From assembly GCA_044345405.1 (NCBI GenBank), contig JBIJBE010000023.1:1-54731 (forward strand): a DNA stretch of 54,731 bases. Reading direction: 5' to 3'. Source of the DNA: Bdellovibrionota bacterium. GTDB lineage: Bacteria > Bdellovibrionota_C > UBA2361 > OMII01. The position numbers were made by a program, and so were the translations under genes. Each line of letters opens with the position of its first letter. The first letter of the stretch is position 1. Positions 29,648-40,009 of the stretch are shown here, in pieces. The notes under the pieces were generated by a model. That model was given only the letters and a program-made list of their open reading frames with translations, was not told the DNA's origin and searched no databases.

Positions 29648-31291
29648 TCACATACCCGCGTAGTACGCCGCGAACTTCTGACACCGGCGTTCAAGGTCTT
29701 GGTAGATGCTCTTCATTTGAGATGCAAGGTCGAGCGGATCGGATCCCTGTAAATTCTCTTTCGAGAATACAAACATCCGCGTAAGGGCCCCCAGCGGGCC
29801 ATGAGTCAACCCTAACTCCTCAATAAGACGATCCAATTCGGCTATATCCTCGTTAATTCGCTTAAACTGCATGGCGGTGGTGGATGCGTCTCGGACGATC
29901 GCCGACAACGCGTCCATGAGGTGTTGGCCCCGCTCCGCGCATTCCTTTACATCGGAGAGCCCATCGACCCCCTCTCCCACCACGGCGAGCGAGGTTTTTG
30001 GACGTGGGGCCTCGACTTCAAATCCACCGATGTCGTCGAGCCATAACTTCCGGTAGGCCTTTCGATATCGAATAAATGGGTCGCCCGATGGCCCGTTAAT
30101 CGGAACAAGGTCACAGAATCCAAACGAATCGAATTCGGAGCGATAAACGATCACTCCTCGTGGATCCGCGAGTTCAGAGGAAACCTCGCGCACCTCTCCC
30201 GCCACACGCGCCATGGCGAGGTGCGCGACGAGCTCAGGTGTAATCAGGTCGTGGCACTCCGGCTTGCTGCACGGCTTGTTCGGATTACACGGAGCGCACC
30301 CGATCACCGGCTGAAGGACGATATTCCCCTCACTATACGGGCCGGTCTCGAAGCCAAACGCGGAGGCCAGAAACATCGAGACCACCGGCGTTCCGACAGC
30401 GACGGAGATATGCATCGGACCGGTGTCACCCGTAACAAGCACATCACTGAGACTCAACATCGCCGCGAGCTGCGGTACTGAGGTCTTTCCGGCGACGGAG
30501 ATCACGTTACGAGAAGCACACCCCTCGACGATGGGATCAATGATCGATTTTTCCTTCGCCGCTCCGGTCAACACCACTCGAGCGTTATGTCGCTCAGTGA
30601 GTATCTTAATCATCTTGATAAAGCGCGCGGGGCTCCATTGCCGCTTTCCCTGGCTCGCTCCCGCTTGTACGGCGATAAGAGGGCCGGTGTTTGAGAAGCC
30701 CGATTCTTCAAGTAATTTCTCACAATGCTCACGAGCTTCCGGCTCTACCTTGATCAGGAGCTGCCGTGGATGGGTATCCACATCAGCCGACGCGCGGAAC
30801 ACATCCACAAGGTTTAGGGAGTTGTATTGGCGATTCTGATGAAATACGGAGGTCGCGAAAAGCCTTGCCCAATCCGTCTCAATTACTCGATACCCTTCGT
30901 CATCAGCGGTCCATCCACCATTACGCTTAATGCCGATCAAGCTCAGCAGCAAAGCGGTGTAGGCGGACGACGACATATTCAGGCAGTAGTCGAAGTTCTT
31001 CGCTCGAAGATCCTCGACCATCTTGGTGATATAGTCGTACGCGTCGTTAACGCCCTCTTTTTCGCGCGCGAGGTTTCGCACCACGTAATTTAGGTCAATA
31101 CCGATGATCTCATCGATATTGGGGATGACCCGACAAACCTCCTCGAACTGCTTCTCAACGAGTACGGCGATATGGCACCCTGGATTTTCGGCTCTAATAC
31201 CCGCGATCGTTGGGGTAGCCTGAAGCATATCGCCCAGACGGGTAATATTCACGAGCAAGATACGATTCTTGGTAGGATAGCGTTTCTTCAT
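29648..31291 (-). CDS. GT9 (heptosyltransferase-like) glycosyltransferase with C-terminal helical extension
   Basis: TRLGDMLQATP, QAGASQGKRQW, AGKTSVPQLAA, VTGDTGPMHI, ETGPY. Confidence 0.88.
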   Translation of the reverse strand: MKKRYPTKNRILLVNITRLGDMLQATPTIAGIRAENPGCHIAVLVEKQFEEVCRVIPNIDEIIGIDLNYVVRNLAREKEGVNDAYDYITKMVEDLRAKNFDYCLNMSSSAYTALLLSLIGIKRNGGWTADDEGYRVIETDWARLFATSVFHQNRQYNSLNLVDVFRASADVDTHPRQLLIKVEPEAREHCEKLLEESGFSNTGPLIAVQAGASQGKRQWSPARFIKMIKILTERHNARVVLTGAAKEKSIIDPIVEGCASRNVISVAGKTSVPQLAAMLSLSDVLVTGDTGPMHISVAVGTPVVSMFLASAFGFETGPYSEGNIVLQPVIGCAPCNPNKPCSKPECHDLITPELVAHLAMARVAGEVREVSSELADPRGVIVYRSEFDSFGFCDLVPINGPSGDPFIRYRKAYRKLWLDDIGGFEVEAPRPKTSLAVVGEGVDGLSDVKECAERGQHLMDALSAIVRDASTTAMQFKRINEDIAELDRLIEELGLTHGPLGALTRMFVFSKENLQGSDPLDLASQMKSIYQDLERRCQKFAAYYAGM

Positions 31292-31295
31292 ACGA

Positions 31296-34094
31296 TTACT
31301 TCCTCGCCCCCGATTCCTCTGAGCGCATTCGGATGATCTGGCTCTTCACGTGGTGCATAAAAAGCAACTTCTGCTCAGTCTCTGTCAGCTTGCCCTTTCC
31401 GGTTACGATATCAGCGATGAGCCCATCAAGGGCCGGCTCCTCACCACGCATCATCGCGCGTTGGCATCGCTCCTTAAGTTCCGGATCGCTCTCAGCCCTC
31501 CGGATCATCTCTCCCCACGGACTGCCACTTTCACGTTGACGGAGTGTCTCGTACTTACTCGCGTAGATCGTGGACAACATCTGCTCGAGACGACGCTCGT
31601 ATGAGTGATCCTTAATGACACGAGCCCGAGCGCGTTCGCATACCTGTTTGCGCTCCTCTGGATGCGCGAGGTAGTACTCCATCTTCGCGATCATCTCCTC
31701 CCGGCTTGAGAAGGTGATAATCTCCTTTCCAACCTCCATAAGCTCAGGGAGAAGCTGTCGTTCATCGCACAACTGGAACGCTCCACACGCAGCCAGCTCA
31801 AAGGTACGGGGATTCACGAAGTCACCGCTTGGATCCACTCCATCTCGCTCGGAGCTGGAGTGAAGGTTAAGATTCACATCGGTCGCGTTGAATATCTTAA
31901 TGTACTCCTCCGGATTGATCCGACGGGATTCCTCTTGCACCAAACGATCGAACGGTTTTCCATTAGGCCACTCACTCCCCCATATCTTGAAGGGATAGTT
32001 CGCCATCGTCGCGAAGGTCTGTACACGATTGTGATACCCGGCGCCCACAAACGAGATCGGAGATCCCCACCTCTCTCTATCTTCCTTCGAGAGCTCAACG
32101 GGGACGTGAAAGAAGGGGTCGCACGCGGTTGGAAGATAGTGAACCTCTCCAGCCCCGGCGGCTTTAATCTTTTCGATACATTCACCCTTTTGGATCGTGA
32201 ACACGAAGTCGTAGTACTTCGCCATCTCCCGCCAATAGGTAAATCGGAGATAATCCTCCACGAACCACAAAACGGTAATAACGCCTCGGCTTCGAAGCTC
32301 CGTTAACGCCTTGGCCGAGATCGGGGCCTGAGCCATACAAATAAGAATATCGACAGGCTTCTCTTGGAAGCTCTCCAAGAGCACTTGGGAGACAAGCTCT
32401 ACATACTGTCCTCGCATCACACCGTGACGAGCCTCGTTCTTCACGAACTGCTCAAGGAGCATGAATCCGTCGTTGAATCCACTCACGTCGATACCACGCA
32501 CACGTTGCCCCATGCGTTGAAGGGCTTGATAGGTGTACGTCGCTGTTGGAAGGGTACCCCCATGGAATGGTCCCAATACGGCGATCTTCGGATGGAGCTC
32601 AGAGAACCCGCGCTTGGAGTAGAACGAGGACTTCGCTCGCTCCAGGTACCGCGCGTGAAGGATCGCCGACTGAGGGCGGACCAGGAGCTCCGCGCCTTGA
32701 GAGCGCTCAAGGGATGGCGTTTCATCCCCTACAACGAGATCGGAGAGCTTCGAGAGAACAGGTCGAAGATCTCGAACACGGAGCGCTTTCTGAAATACAG
32801 CGAGGTCCGGCTCGCAGCAGGCGATCGGCTTTTCAGATAACTCAACGAGGGCACGCAGGTGGTATCCCGCTCCGAGGCCCACTACCACGATCTCTCGGGC
32901 GTTCTTAATTCGCGTCTCAAGGAGAGAGCGACGAACCCATGCCTCAGCCGCGGCGAGGGGCTTCTCGGCGTGATCGAGACAGAGAGAGCCCACAAAGATA
33001 ACCGCCCCATCTTTGGTGCCCCGAACGGAGATAGCACTCGCGTCGGTATCTGAAGACGCCACAACCCGCTCATACACCCTTGGAAATCGCTCTTTGAGAA
33101 CAGCGAGGTTGTCCCCGTACATTATCTCCTGCGAGGGATAGGGAATACCTTGTGACGCGACCTCATCGGCGAGCCCCTTGGTGGCTTTTGATAAAACCCG
33201 GGAGAGGATATCTTGCGTGTCGATAGTCGCGCTCTGACAATTCGCCACCACATACTCGACAGCTTCCTTTGCTTTTTGCGCTTCGCCATTATCGACGAGC
33301 GCCTCGGCGTAATTTAAGGCCATCCACGCCTCGAGAGCGGCGGGATTTACCTCCTGGGCGACGCTAGATTCACCGTTTGGAAGAAGGACTTTCGCCACAC
33401 TCTCCGCGGAGGCCGACGCTCGAGCAGTCGGGGTAAGTTGAACAACACAATTTCTTAGCCCGACAGCGGTCGAACCCTCCTCCCCTATCTCTCGCTCACT
33501 GCAAAGAGAGCACTCAAAGCCAGCGAGGTTCGCTGCCGCAACGAAGTTATCGGGAGTAAAGGAACGAAGGTGCAACGTGTCTCGCTCATGAACGAGCATC
33601 TCCTGCCCAAGATAGACCTGAACCCGAGCCATACCCGTTGGCTTGAGCACACGTTTCATCTCCACGAGATAGCTCGCGATCACGGGAACCGGCATACACG
33701 CCAAGGAGGCGTAGCTCCACGCGAAATCAACTGAATTGGACTCTACAGGAGAGAGATCGACGCCAGAGCCCACAACCAAATCCATCCTCGGCGTCGGGCC
33801 CACGAGCTCGCGAGCCTTATCGATAGCGAGACGGGACACGTCGATACCGACCACCCTGTCGAATCGCTCCGCCGCGGCTTTCATCATCCGACCAACGCCG
33901 CATCCGATCTCAAGGGCAACAGTTGAAGGACCGCCCGTTACACCCTGCGCGATCGCGGCGAAGTCCTCGCTTCCAGTCTTCCACATCTGAGCGTCATCGA
34001 GGTGGCCTTCCCCCATCCAGAACCGATAGTCGTGTCCAACACGACGGTCCCAATCGCTCTTCATCTGTTCAGCAAGTTTCTCTAACGGATTCAT
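31296..34094 (-). CDS. Fusion of class I SAM methyltransferase, Maf N-terminal-like domain and CgeB-family glycosyltransferase
   Basis: LEIGCGVGR; NLAVLKERFP..TKDG..PLAAAEAW..GLGAGYHL..EPD; WFVEDY, YLPTACDP, SFVGAGYHNR, NPRTFELAACGAFQL, DHSYERRL. Confidence 0.82.
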   Translation of the reverse strand: MNPLEKLAEQMKSDWDRRVGHDYRFWMGEGHLDDAQMWKTGSEDFAAIAQGVTGGPSTVALEIGCGVGRMMKAAAERFDRVVGIDVSRLAIDKARELVGPTPRMDLVVGSGVDLSPVESNSVDFAWSYASLACMPVPVIASYLVEMKRVLKPTGMARVQVYLGQEMLVHERDTLHLRSFTPDNFVAAANLAGFECSLCSEREIGEEGSTAVGLRNCVVQLTPTARASASAESVAKVLLPNGESSVAQEVNPAALEAWMALNYAEALVDNGEAQKAKEAVEYVVANCQSATIDTQDILSRVLSKATKGLADEVASQGIPYPSQEIMYGDNLAVLKERFPRVYERVVASSDTDASAISVRGTKDGAVIFVGSLCLDHAEKPLAAAEAWVRRSLLETRIKNAREIVVVGLGAGYHLRALVELSEKPIACCEPDLAVFQKALRVRDLRPVLSKLSDLVVGDETPSLERSQGAELLVRPQSAILHARYLERAKSSFYSKRGFSELHPKIAVLGPFHGGTLPTATYTYQALQRMGQRVRGIDVSGFNDGFMLLEQFVKNEARHGVMRGQYVELVSQVLLESFQEKPVDILICMAQAPISAKALTELRSRGVITVLWFVEDYLRFTYWREMAKYYDFVFTIQKGECIEKIKAAGAGEVHYLPTACDPFFHVPVELSKEDRERWGSPISFVGAGYHNRVQTFATMANYPFKIWGSEWPNGKPFDRLVQEESRRINPEEYIKIFNATDVNLNLHSSSERDGVDPSGDFVNPRTFELAACGAFQLCDERQLLPELMEVGKEIITFSSREEMIAKMEYYLAHPEERKQVCERARARVIKDHSYERRLEQMLSTIYASKYETLRQRESGSPWGEMIRRAESDPELKERCQRAMMRGEEPALDGLIADIVTGKGKLTETEQKLLFMHHVKSQIIRMRSEESGARK

Positions 34095-34450
34095 GAATCG
34101 CTTCCTGCTCTTCTCTAAGTCCTAAGGCACCCCCATGACTCGTAGTTAAGGGTTCACTGAGTTGACCTACGAGGTGCCACGGGCACCCCGAGCCTTCTGG
34201 CTATGGGAACCCATGGGTTTTGATGCTCAGAGGGCCCCAAGGGCTGCGCAAAACAGGGAAGAGGAAACGAGACTGAAATATCTGGTAATAACAGGCGGTT
34301 AGGCCATGCAAGTTGGAACTCCTGCCGGGCGACCCACCGATGATCGTGACGATTCACTGAGGCGTACAGACGAAAACCGTCCTGTCGTGGACGGTCCTCG
34401 TCGTGCGTTGTGATTCCCCGTCAACCTAAGACGGGAAAGATTAGGGCGAC

Positions 34451-34903
34451 TTATAATGAGATCTGCACTCGTCGAAGAGCCTCTCCGACCTTGGCTGCCT
34501 CCTCCTTACCGCCCTCATCAGAGAGGTGCTTATTACCCTCAATGATCTCACGGTACGCGGAGTAGATCGTGTCGATAAGCTGAATGGTCTTGTTGATTCG
34601 CTTAGCGTCGCGATAGAGGTTCGCCTCGCTCAGGTAGAACAACATGAAATCGTAGAGACGGTCGAGGTCCTGCGCGATCGTGCCACCCTTCTCGAAGTCG
34701 AGGGTATTCATCAACTCAGCGATAATCGCTTGAGCTTTGCTGAGATAGCGACAGAACTTAGCGATATCCTTTTCCTCAAGGCCCGCGAGGGAATGATTAA
34801 GGAATTTTATCGCTCCTTCATACATCATGAGGAGGAGTCTACCGCGGTCTGTCGTGGTGATTTGGACTGCTTGGTAGGTCGAATGAGGGTTCTTTCCGTA
34901 CAT
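34451..34903 (-). CDS. fliS: Flagellin export chaperone FliS
   Basis: YQAVQITT, LLLMMYEGAIKFL, KAQAIIAELMNTLDFEKGG.IA..L.RLYDFM. Confidence 0.93.
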   Translation of the reverse strand: MYGKNPHSTYQAVQITTTDRGRLLLMMYEGAIKFLNHSLAGLEEKDIAKFCRYLSKAQAIIAELMNTLDFEKGGTIAQDLDRLYDFMLFYLSEANLYRDAKRINKTIQLIDTIYSAYREIIEGNKHLSDEGGKEEAAKVGEALRRVQISL

Positions 34904-35111
34904 AGTTATCTCTTCGTAGACCGATAAAATCTCACTTTCGTGACTTTTACTCGGAATATCCCGTGATACTGCTTTGTGGTTTATTCCGTTGAAGTCCCTT
35001 CAACGATACGACTTGAGCGACGTTCCTGGTCTGTACTGAGAATGCTTCCATGCATTCGGCAAACGTGTTCCGCTAACTGCGCGGCGGAATCAATCATTTC
35101 CGATATATGTT

Positions 35112-35139
35112 CTATCGGAGACCTCTCTCCTATCCTTGA
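35112..35139 (-). promoter_or_regulatory. Possible sigma-28-type promoter for fliS
   Basis: TCAAG-N15-TCCGATAG about 210 nt upstream of fliS. Confidence 0.35.
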
Positions 35140-35454
35140 GCACAAAAAATACAGCAAAAAAGGTCTCGTTATTATAGGCCCTTACGACATTCCAGCGGGA
35201 CCTTGCCCCTTCCAGCGTCTGGTATGAGTGCCTTTTGACCGTCATAAATTCTCAGGCCGCACCACGCCCCCTGTCGAATGGAATGGCCGTGTCCGCCGTC
35301 TTGTGAAGAGGAAGGGATGGTGGGGAATGTAACTCACAAGCGATAACAGCGTGTTACATCTCCACTGCGAGCGGCTTTTCGGGTTGTCGGTCTGGAACTG
35401 TCGCTCTGACCCGTAGTATAGGCCCGACGCTAAACGACCTATCATGGAGAATCT

Positions 35455-36063
35455 ATGAAGTTACTGAGCACACTTTGTGTTATCGCCCTCGCGGCTATGG
35501 CGATCGGAGCTGTCCCAGCTTCCGCTCAAACGACACCAGAAAACAGGGTATGGACGATCAGCGAGATCCTCGCGGAGCGTCAAGAGGCGGATGATGTCGA
35601 GAATCCCCGCATGTGCATGGGCAATAGGTTCAAACCATGCGTGTGCGCCGCGGACGTCACGAAGTTGATCCAATACCGTCCCTCTATCGCACAATGTGGA
35701 AAGAAGGCTGGTATCGTAATGTCTGGCCGGTACCTCACCGCTTTCAGCGTTGTGGTCCGAGACCGTGACAACCGTGACCGTTGGCCGATCACCTTCCCAG
35801 CAACCGGCACAGGCTACGGCGGATGCACATTGGCTCAAGCCAGAGCTGGACTCGGAAAGTGCAGCGCATTCAAGGTTCAGAAGATCATCAAGGTCAAGGA
35901 TGATAACGGCGATGCTGAGGTGCATTGTCTCGGACAGAGTGGCTATCACCCGCTCATGAAGGGCATCTCCCGTATGACGATCAAGCTCAAAGATGTTCCG
36001 GGTTCGCATGCAGATCCGCTTGAGCGGCTCTGTCTGAAAGGACCGACAACTCCTCTTAACTAA
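35455..36063 (+). CDS. Secreted Cys-rich hypothetical protein
   Basis: GGAG RBS, signal peptide ending ASA, 8 Cys in the mature part, followed by a terminator. Confidence 0.75.
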   Translation: MKLLSTLCVIALAAMAIGAVPASAQTTPENRVWTISEILAERQEADDVENPRMCMGNRFKPCVCAADVTKLIQYRPSIAQCGKKAGIVMSGRYLTAFSVVVRDRDNRDRWPITFPATGTGYGGCTLAQARAGLGKCSAFKVQKIIKVKDDNGDAEVHCLGQSGYHPLMKGISRMTIKLKDVPGSHADPLERLCLKGPTTPLN

Positions 36064-36083
36064 GAACGCAGAGAGAGTGGTCG

Positions 36084-36119
36084 AAAAGGCTCGTCTCCTC
36101 AGGGAGGCGGGCCTTTTTT
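36084..36119 (+). terminator. Intrinsic terminator, possibly bidirectional
   Basis: AAAAGGCTCGTCTCC-TCAG-GGAGGCGGGCC-TTTTTT. Confidence 0.8.
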
Positions 36120-36210
36120 ATTGGGAATCGCTAACGTCAGTGCTCAGCGCGGCGCCGGAAAATTTTCTTATCCCAAGAACACTCACTCACCACAGGTAAG
36201 GTTTCAGGTG

Positions 36211-36234
36211 ACAGGGCGTTCATTGCTGACCGCC
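36211..36234 (+). repeat. Decayed single copy of the GGAG REP
   Basis: ACAGGGCGTTCATTGCTGACCGCC matches GGAGGGCGGTCATTCCTGACCGCC at 20/24 positions; intergenic between convergent genes. Confidence 0.65.
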
Positions 36235-36258
36235 GTAAGGATGAGAAAGCCAAAACGG

Positions 36259-37062
36259 CTATGCGCCTAGCTCTCGGGCGCGATGACACGCCGCGCTGAT
36301 AGCGGCTCGCACCGAGGTATCGGCTGAAGCTCCTTCAAGGACGGCCATCGCGGCGGCCGTAGTTCCCTGCGGCGAGGTCACTCTTCGACGTAATTCAGCG
36401 AAGGTGAGTCCCGATTGTTCTAAGTAGAGGGCGGTGCCGCGAAACGTTTGAAGCACGATCGCGTGAGCGTCATCTTGGGAGATGCCGTACTCTATCGCGA
36501 CACGCTCGATCTGCTCACCCAACCAACAGAGGTATGCGGGGCCACTCCCCGCGACGGCGGTCATCGCGTCGATCATCTCCTCCCGCTCAACACGCCATCG
36601 CCTACCTAGACGGGAGAGGAGGGATTCAACGTGTTCAACATCAGATTGGGAGAGGGTATCGCCGCAGTAGTAGTATCCAGTAGCGCTCTCGTCGATGGAG
36701 GCCCCTAAATTTGGCATCGCTCGCACGACCCGCTTCGTATCTAAGATCTCCGCCAGTGTATCGATACGAACACCCGCCATGACCGATAACACAACGGCAT
36801 CGGGGGAAACGAAGGACGCGAGTTTTGTACACGTGGCATGTGCGTCTTGCGGCTTCACGCAGAGAATCAGGAGGTCTCCGGCGTTTACACGACAGTCAGA
36901 CGATAACTCGGCGACCACATGGCATCCATGCTGCGCTTTGAGCGCGTCTCTATCGGTGGAGCCGCGCTCAAGGAGCACGATCTCCTTTGGAGCGTACGAG
37001 TGCATCAGGCTCCGCACGATCGCGGAGCCCAAGTTCCCTACTCCAACGACGAAGATCCTCAT
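36259..37062 (-). CDS. proC: Pyrroline-5-carboxylate reductase
   Basis: GVGNLG, CVKPQ, SVMAGV, RAMPN, TAVAGSGPAY, VTSPQGTT. Confidence 0.93.
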   Translation of the reverse strand: MRIFVVGVGNLGSAIVRSLMHSYAPKEIVLLERGSTDRDALKAQHGCHVVAELSSDCRVNAGDLLILCVKPQDAHATCTKLASFVSPDAVVLSVMAGVRIDTLAEILDTKRVVRAMPNLGASIDESATGYYYCGDTLSQSDVEHVESLLSRLGRRWRVEREEMIDAMTAVAGSGPAYLCWLGEQIERVAIEYGISQDDAHAIVLQTFRGTALYLEQSGLTFAELRRRVTSPQGTTAAAMAVLEGASADTSVRAAISAACHRARELGA

Positions 37063-37343
37063 TGACGACGGCCTCGCTCGGAGTTCTCAACCTCAGCGAC
37101 AGCGCCCTCCTCAAGACCAAGGAAACGCTTCATCTGATCCACAAGCACTTGATAGTCTCGAGGGTCCGCCATATTCAGGCGGTACTCATTCAACACCTTA
37201 ATCTGAACGTCCTTGCTCCATTCATTCCACGCCTGGGCGGAGACCTTCTCGAAGATGACCTTCCCCATCTCCCCACTGAATGGTGGCTTCTCAAGGCCCG
37301 GGAGCTCCTTCTGATACTTTGAACAAACAACCGTTCTCGACAT
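37059..37343 (-). CDS. yggX: Fe(II)-trafficking / oxidative damage protection protein
   Basis: MSRTVVCSKY..ELPGLEKPPFSG..G..IFE.VS.QAW.EW...Q....NEYRLN. Confidence 0.9.
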   Translation of the reverse strand: MSRTVVCSKYQKELPGLEKPPFSGEMGKVIFEKVSAQAWNEWSKDVQIKVLNEYRLNMADPRDYQVLVDQMKRFLGLEEGAVAEVENSERGRRQ

Positions 37344-37474
37344 ATATCCCCTCTTCAATACACGCTCCCCATACCTATTTCGAGGAGCTGCAGAATCTAC
37401 GTTGTCCGTGATAATCTCACGTATCTAAGCCGCTGTCATGCCCAGTCACACACGCTTTCGGTACAAGTTTTTCC

Positions 37475-38188
37475 ATGTTTATACCCCTTAGCGACGACAA
37501 TCGAAGACGCGCAATCATCCCCTTCGTGAACTATGGCCTCATCGGGTTAAACGCTTATGTGTGGTATCTCCAATTGACCCTCGGAGAGAGCTTCACCGCC
37601 TCCTACGCGGCCATTCCGTTCGAGTTAACGCAAGGGGTGGACGTGACAGCGACTCAGTACCTGTCAGCCCACGGCGAGCGCGTGCCGATTCCTCAAGGCC
37701 CAGGTCCTCATCCACTCTGGCTCACTATCTTCTCCGCCATGTTCATGCATGGCTCGTGGATGCATCTGATCGGCAACATGGTATACCTCTGGATCTTCGG
37801 CGACCAGGTCGAAGACCGCTTGGGACACATTCGCTTTCTCATCTTCTATCTCTTCGCTGGGATCGTCGCCACGCTCACGCAGGCGTTCGCGGATCCTACC
37901 AGCATCATCCCAAGTGTCGGAGCTTCAGGAGCGATCGCTGGTGTGCTTGGCGCGTACCTCGTTCTTTATCCAGGAAATCGAGTAAAGGTCCTCCTCATTC
38001 GAAACATCGTGATCGTGCCCGCGTCACTCGTGCTCGGTATGTGGGTTGTGTTTCAACTAATAGGACAGGCTTCGGCGGAAGAGGGACAGGGTGGAGTCGC
38101 GTACCTGGCGCACATCGGAGGTTTCGTTGTTGGGTTCGCAACGGGTGCGCTTCTGCGTGTCGCGCGTCCCGAGCAACGTGCGTATTGA
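37475..38188 (+). CDS. Rhomboid-family intramembrane serine protease
   Basis: MFMHGSWMHLIGNM, VGASGAIAG, VAYLAHIGG. Confidence 0.92.
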   Translation: MFIPLSDDNRRRAIIPFVNYGLIGLNAYVWYLQLTLGESFTASYAAIPFELTQGVDVTATQYLSAHGERVPIPQGPGPHPLWLTIFSAMFMHGSWMHLIGNMVYLWIFGDQVEDRLGHIRFLIFYLFAGIVATLTQAFADPTSIIPSVGASGAIAGVLGAYLVLYPGNRVKVLLIRNIVIVPASLVLGMWVVFQLIGQASAEEGQGGVAYLAHIGGFVVGFATGALLRVARPEQRAY

Positions 38189-38500
38189 TGTGACAGATAC
38201 TCGTCACCATGCGGGTGTCTCTTCATTCAGTAACGACATCGCGACACTCAAAGCGCTCAGTTTCCCCTAAGACCAATCGCCCGTCCCTCTTTTGTCTCGA
38301 ACACACTACTACCTGTTGTACCAAACAGGAGGGGACACCCCATCGGTAGCGCCCTACCATGAAAGCGACGTATTTTTAACTACTTACATACCCCGGAAAT
38401 CGTCCACAGCGGCCCCTTCTTTTTACAATTCCGTGACAACTGCGATGAATCGATGTGGGAGTGTAAGGACCATCAGGTAACGTTTTCTTTGGAGGGAAAA

Positions 38501-39127
38501 ATGGCCACCGAAAGAACTGACACGGAACTTGTTAAAGGAATAGCTCTCAGAGATGAGAGCGCCTTCGAGGAGATCGTAGCTCGCTACGGCTCGAAGGTTT
38601 TAAACCTCGCACTTCGAATTACGAGGAACCAAGAAGACGCTGAAGAGATCCTTCAGGATGTGTTCATCACGGTGTTCACGAAGGTGAACAGCTTTGAGCA
38701 CAAGTCGCAATTCTCAAGCTGGCTCTACCGGGTCACGATGAATTCCAGCTTCATGAAGATTCGCGCGCGCAATAGACGACGAGCGGTCTATCTTGAGGAG
38801 ATCGAGCCATCGACGACACAGAACTGGGTTGGAAATCGGACAGAGATGTTCGATATCGACTTCATGTCATCACGACACGAACTTCGTGAGGCGATCGAGG
38901 TGGCGATAAAGGAACTTCCAGAGGATTACCGAGCTATCTTCATCCTTCGCGATATCGATGGACTCTCAAACGAGGCGGTTGGAAAGGTGCTTCACCTCTC
39001 CGTACCGGCTGTTAAGAGCCGCCTTCACCGCTCCCGGTTGTTGATGCGTCAACAGCTCAAGAAGCACTATGAGGGGTTTGTCCAAGGAAACGAGTCTGAG
39101 GACATCGAACCTCGACATATCGTCTAG
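38501..39127 (+). CDS. ECF sigma-70 factor
   Basis: DAEEILQDVF, FSSWLYRV, LP..YR..FILRD..GLS...V......VPAVKSRLHRSR; GGAGGG RBS before ATG 38501. Confidence 0.92.
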   Translation: MATERTDTELVKGIALRDESAFEEIVARYGSKVLNLALRITRNQEDAEEILQDVFITVFTKVNSFEHKSQFSSWLYRVTMNSSFMKIRARNRRRAVYLEEIEPSTTQNWVGNRTEMFDIDFMSSRHELREAIEVAIKELPEDYRAIFILRDIDGLSNEAVGKVLHLSVPAVKSRLHRSRLLMRQQLKKHYEGFVQGNESEDIEPRHIV

Positions 39128-39159
39128 CCTACAACGATCTCTCCTGATAGAAACGTTAC

Positions 39160-39192
39160 ACCCACAGTGCCGGCGGCACTGTGGGTTTTTTT
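39160..39192 (+). terminator. Intrinsic terminator after the ECF sigma gene
   Basis: ACCCACAGTGCC-GGC-GGCACTGTGGGT followed by a T tract. Confidence 0.88.
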
Positions 39193-39490
39193 GCCTCCGC
39201 TTGACCTACATCCTCACGAGCATGTTCACGCCGGAAAGAAGTGCGGCTAAGCGCCTTTTAAACTGCGAAACGTCAAGCAAGTGCCCACGTAAACGTGAAC
39301 CTACACGAAATACCGCCGTTCTCATCTCACATGATCGATAGGCGCTGCTTCTACGTAGACCTTGCGCGGAAGTGTCCGGTAGCCCGGGTACAGATAAAAA
39401 TGAAGAGTCCGATCTCCCTAATGAAGCGCTGGTCGCGAGTATAGGCACGTATTGATCTGATTTTGTTGTCGCGGATGAGGTAGTGGATTC

Positions 39491-40009
39491 CTAGTTTGAG
39501 GAACCTTCGGAGCTTGAGGATCCTTCGGAGCTTGAGCTCCCTTCATTCAAAAGGTGAGTGCTAGCAGAAATTCTGACGGGAAAAGACTGGCCTTTTTTGG
39601 CTCTCGACGCGGTTCTTGCGTTGGGCATTCCAGAGACCCTGATTTTGTCCTTGTTAACGACCCGAACAAGATGACAGATGCCATCTCCGGTCAGCTCCAC
39701 ACACGTAACCGTCTGAATTGGCCCCAGATTGTTAATGGCTGCTGTGAGCGCTAGCTTGAGCGCTCCAGAGGCTATCGTTTTTTCCCTGATATGTAACGAT
39801 TTAACAGCGAAGCGAGCGGATCTATCTTTAAAGTCCGCTACCACCCTACCGGGGCACTGGAGCGTCTGGCCCACTCTGTATAGACATGTCCATCCTAAGG
39901 TAAGCTGGGCCTCCTCGTTTTCTTCTAGCTCGACCCGACACGCCACGAGACACACGACGAGGGCGCAACTTAGGCACACCGCTACTACCTTTGGGAAAGC
40001 GCTCAACAT
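39491..40009 (-). CDS. Putative lipoprotein with a C-terminal EGSSSS tandem repeat
   Basis: Hydrophobic N-terminus ending in lipobox LVAC; 18-nt unit repeated about 3 times at the 3' end. Confidence 0.55.
   Translation of the reverse strand: MLSAFPKVVAVCLSCALVVCLVACRVELEENEEAQLTLGWTCLYRVGQTLQCPGRVVADFKDRSARFAVKSLHIREKTIASGALKLALTAAINNLGPIQTVTCVELTGDGICHLVRVVNKDKIRVSGMPNARTASRAKKGQSFPVRISASTHLLNEGSSSSEGSSSSEGSSN

Noticed and set aside
34095-34450. Possible fliT or structured RNA between fliS and the methyltransferase fusion
   Set aside because: No convincing ORF with RBS; a few hairpins but no recognisable riboswitch or ncRNA motif.
39284-39299. Second ACGT-N2-ACGT palindrome (CCCACGTAAACGTGAA)
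   Set aside because: A single copy between convergent genes, so unlikely to be an operator; may be chance.
39494-39544. 18-nt tandem repeat encoding EGSSSS
   Set aside because: A simple in-frame low-complexity tail; no sign of phase variation.
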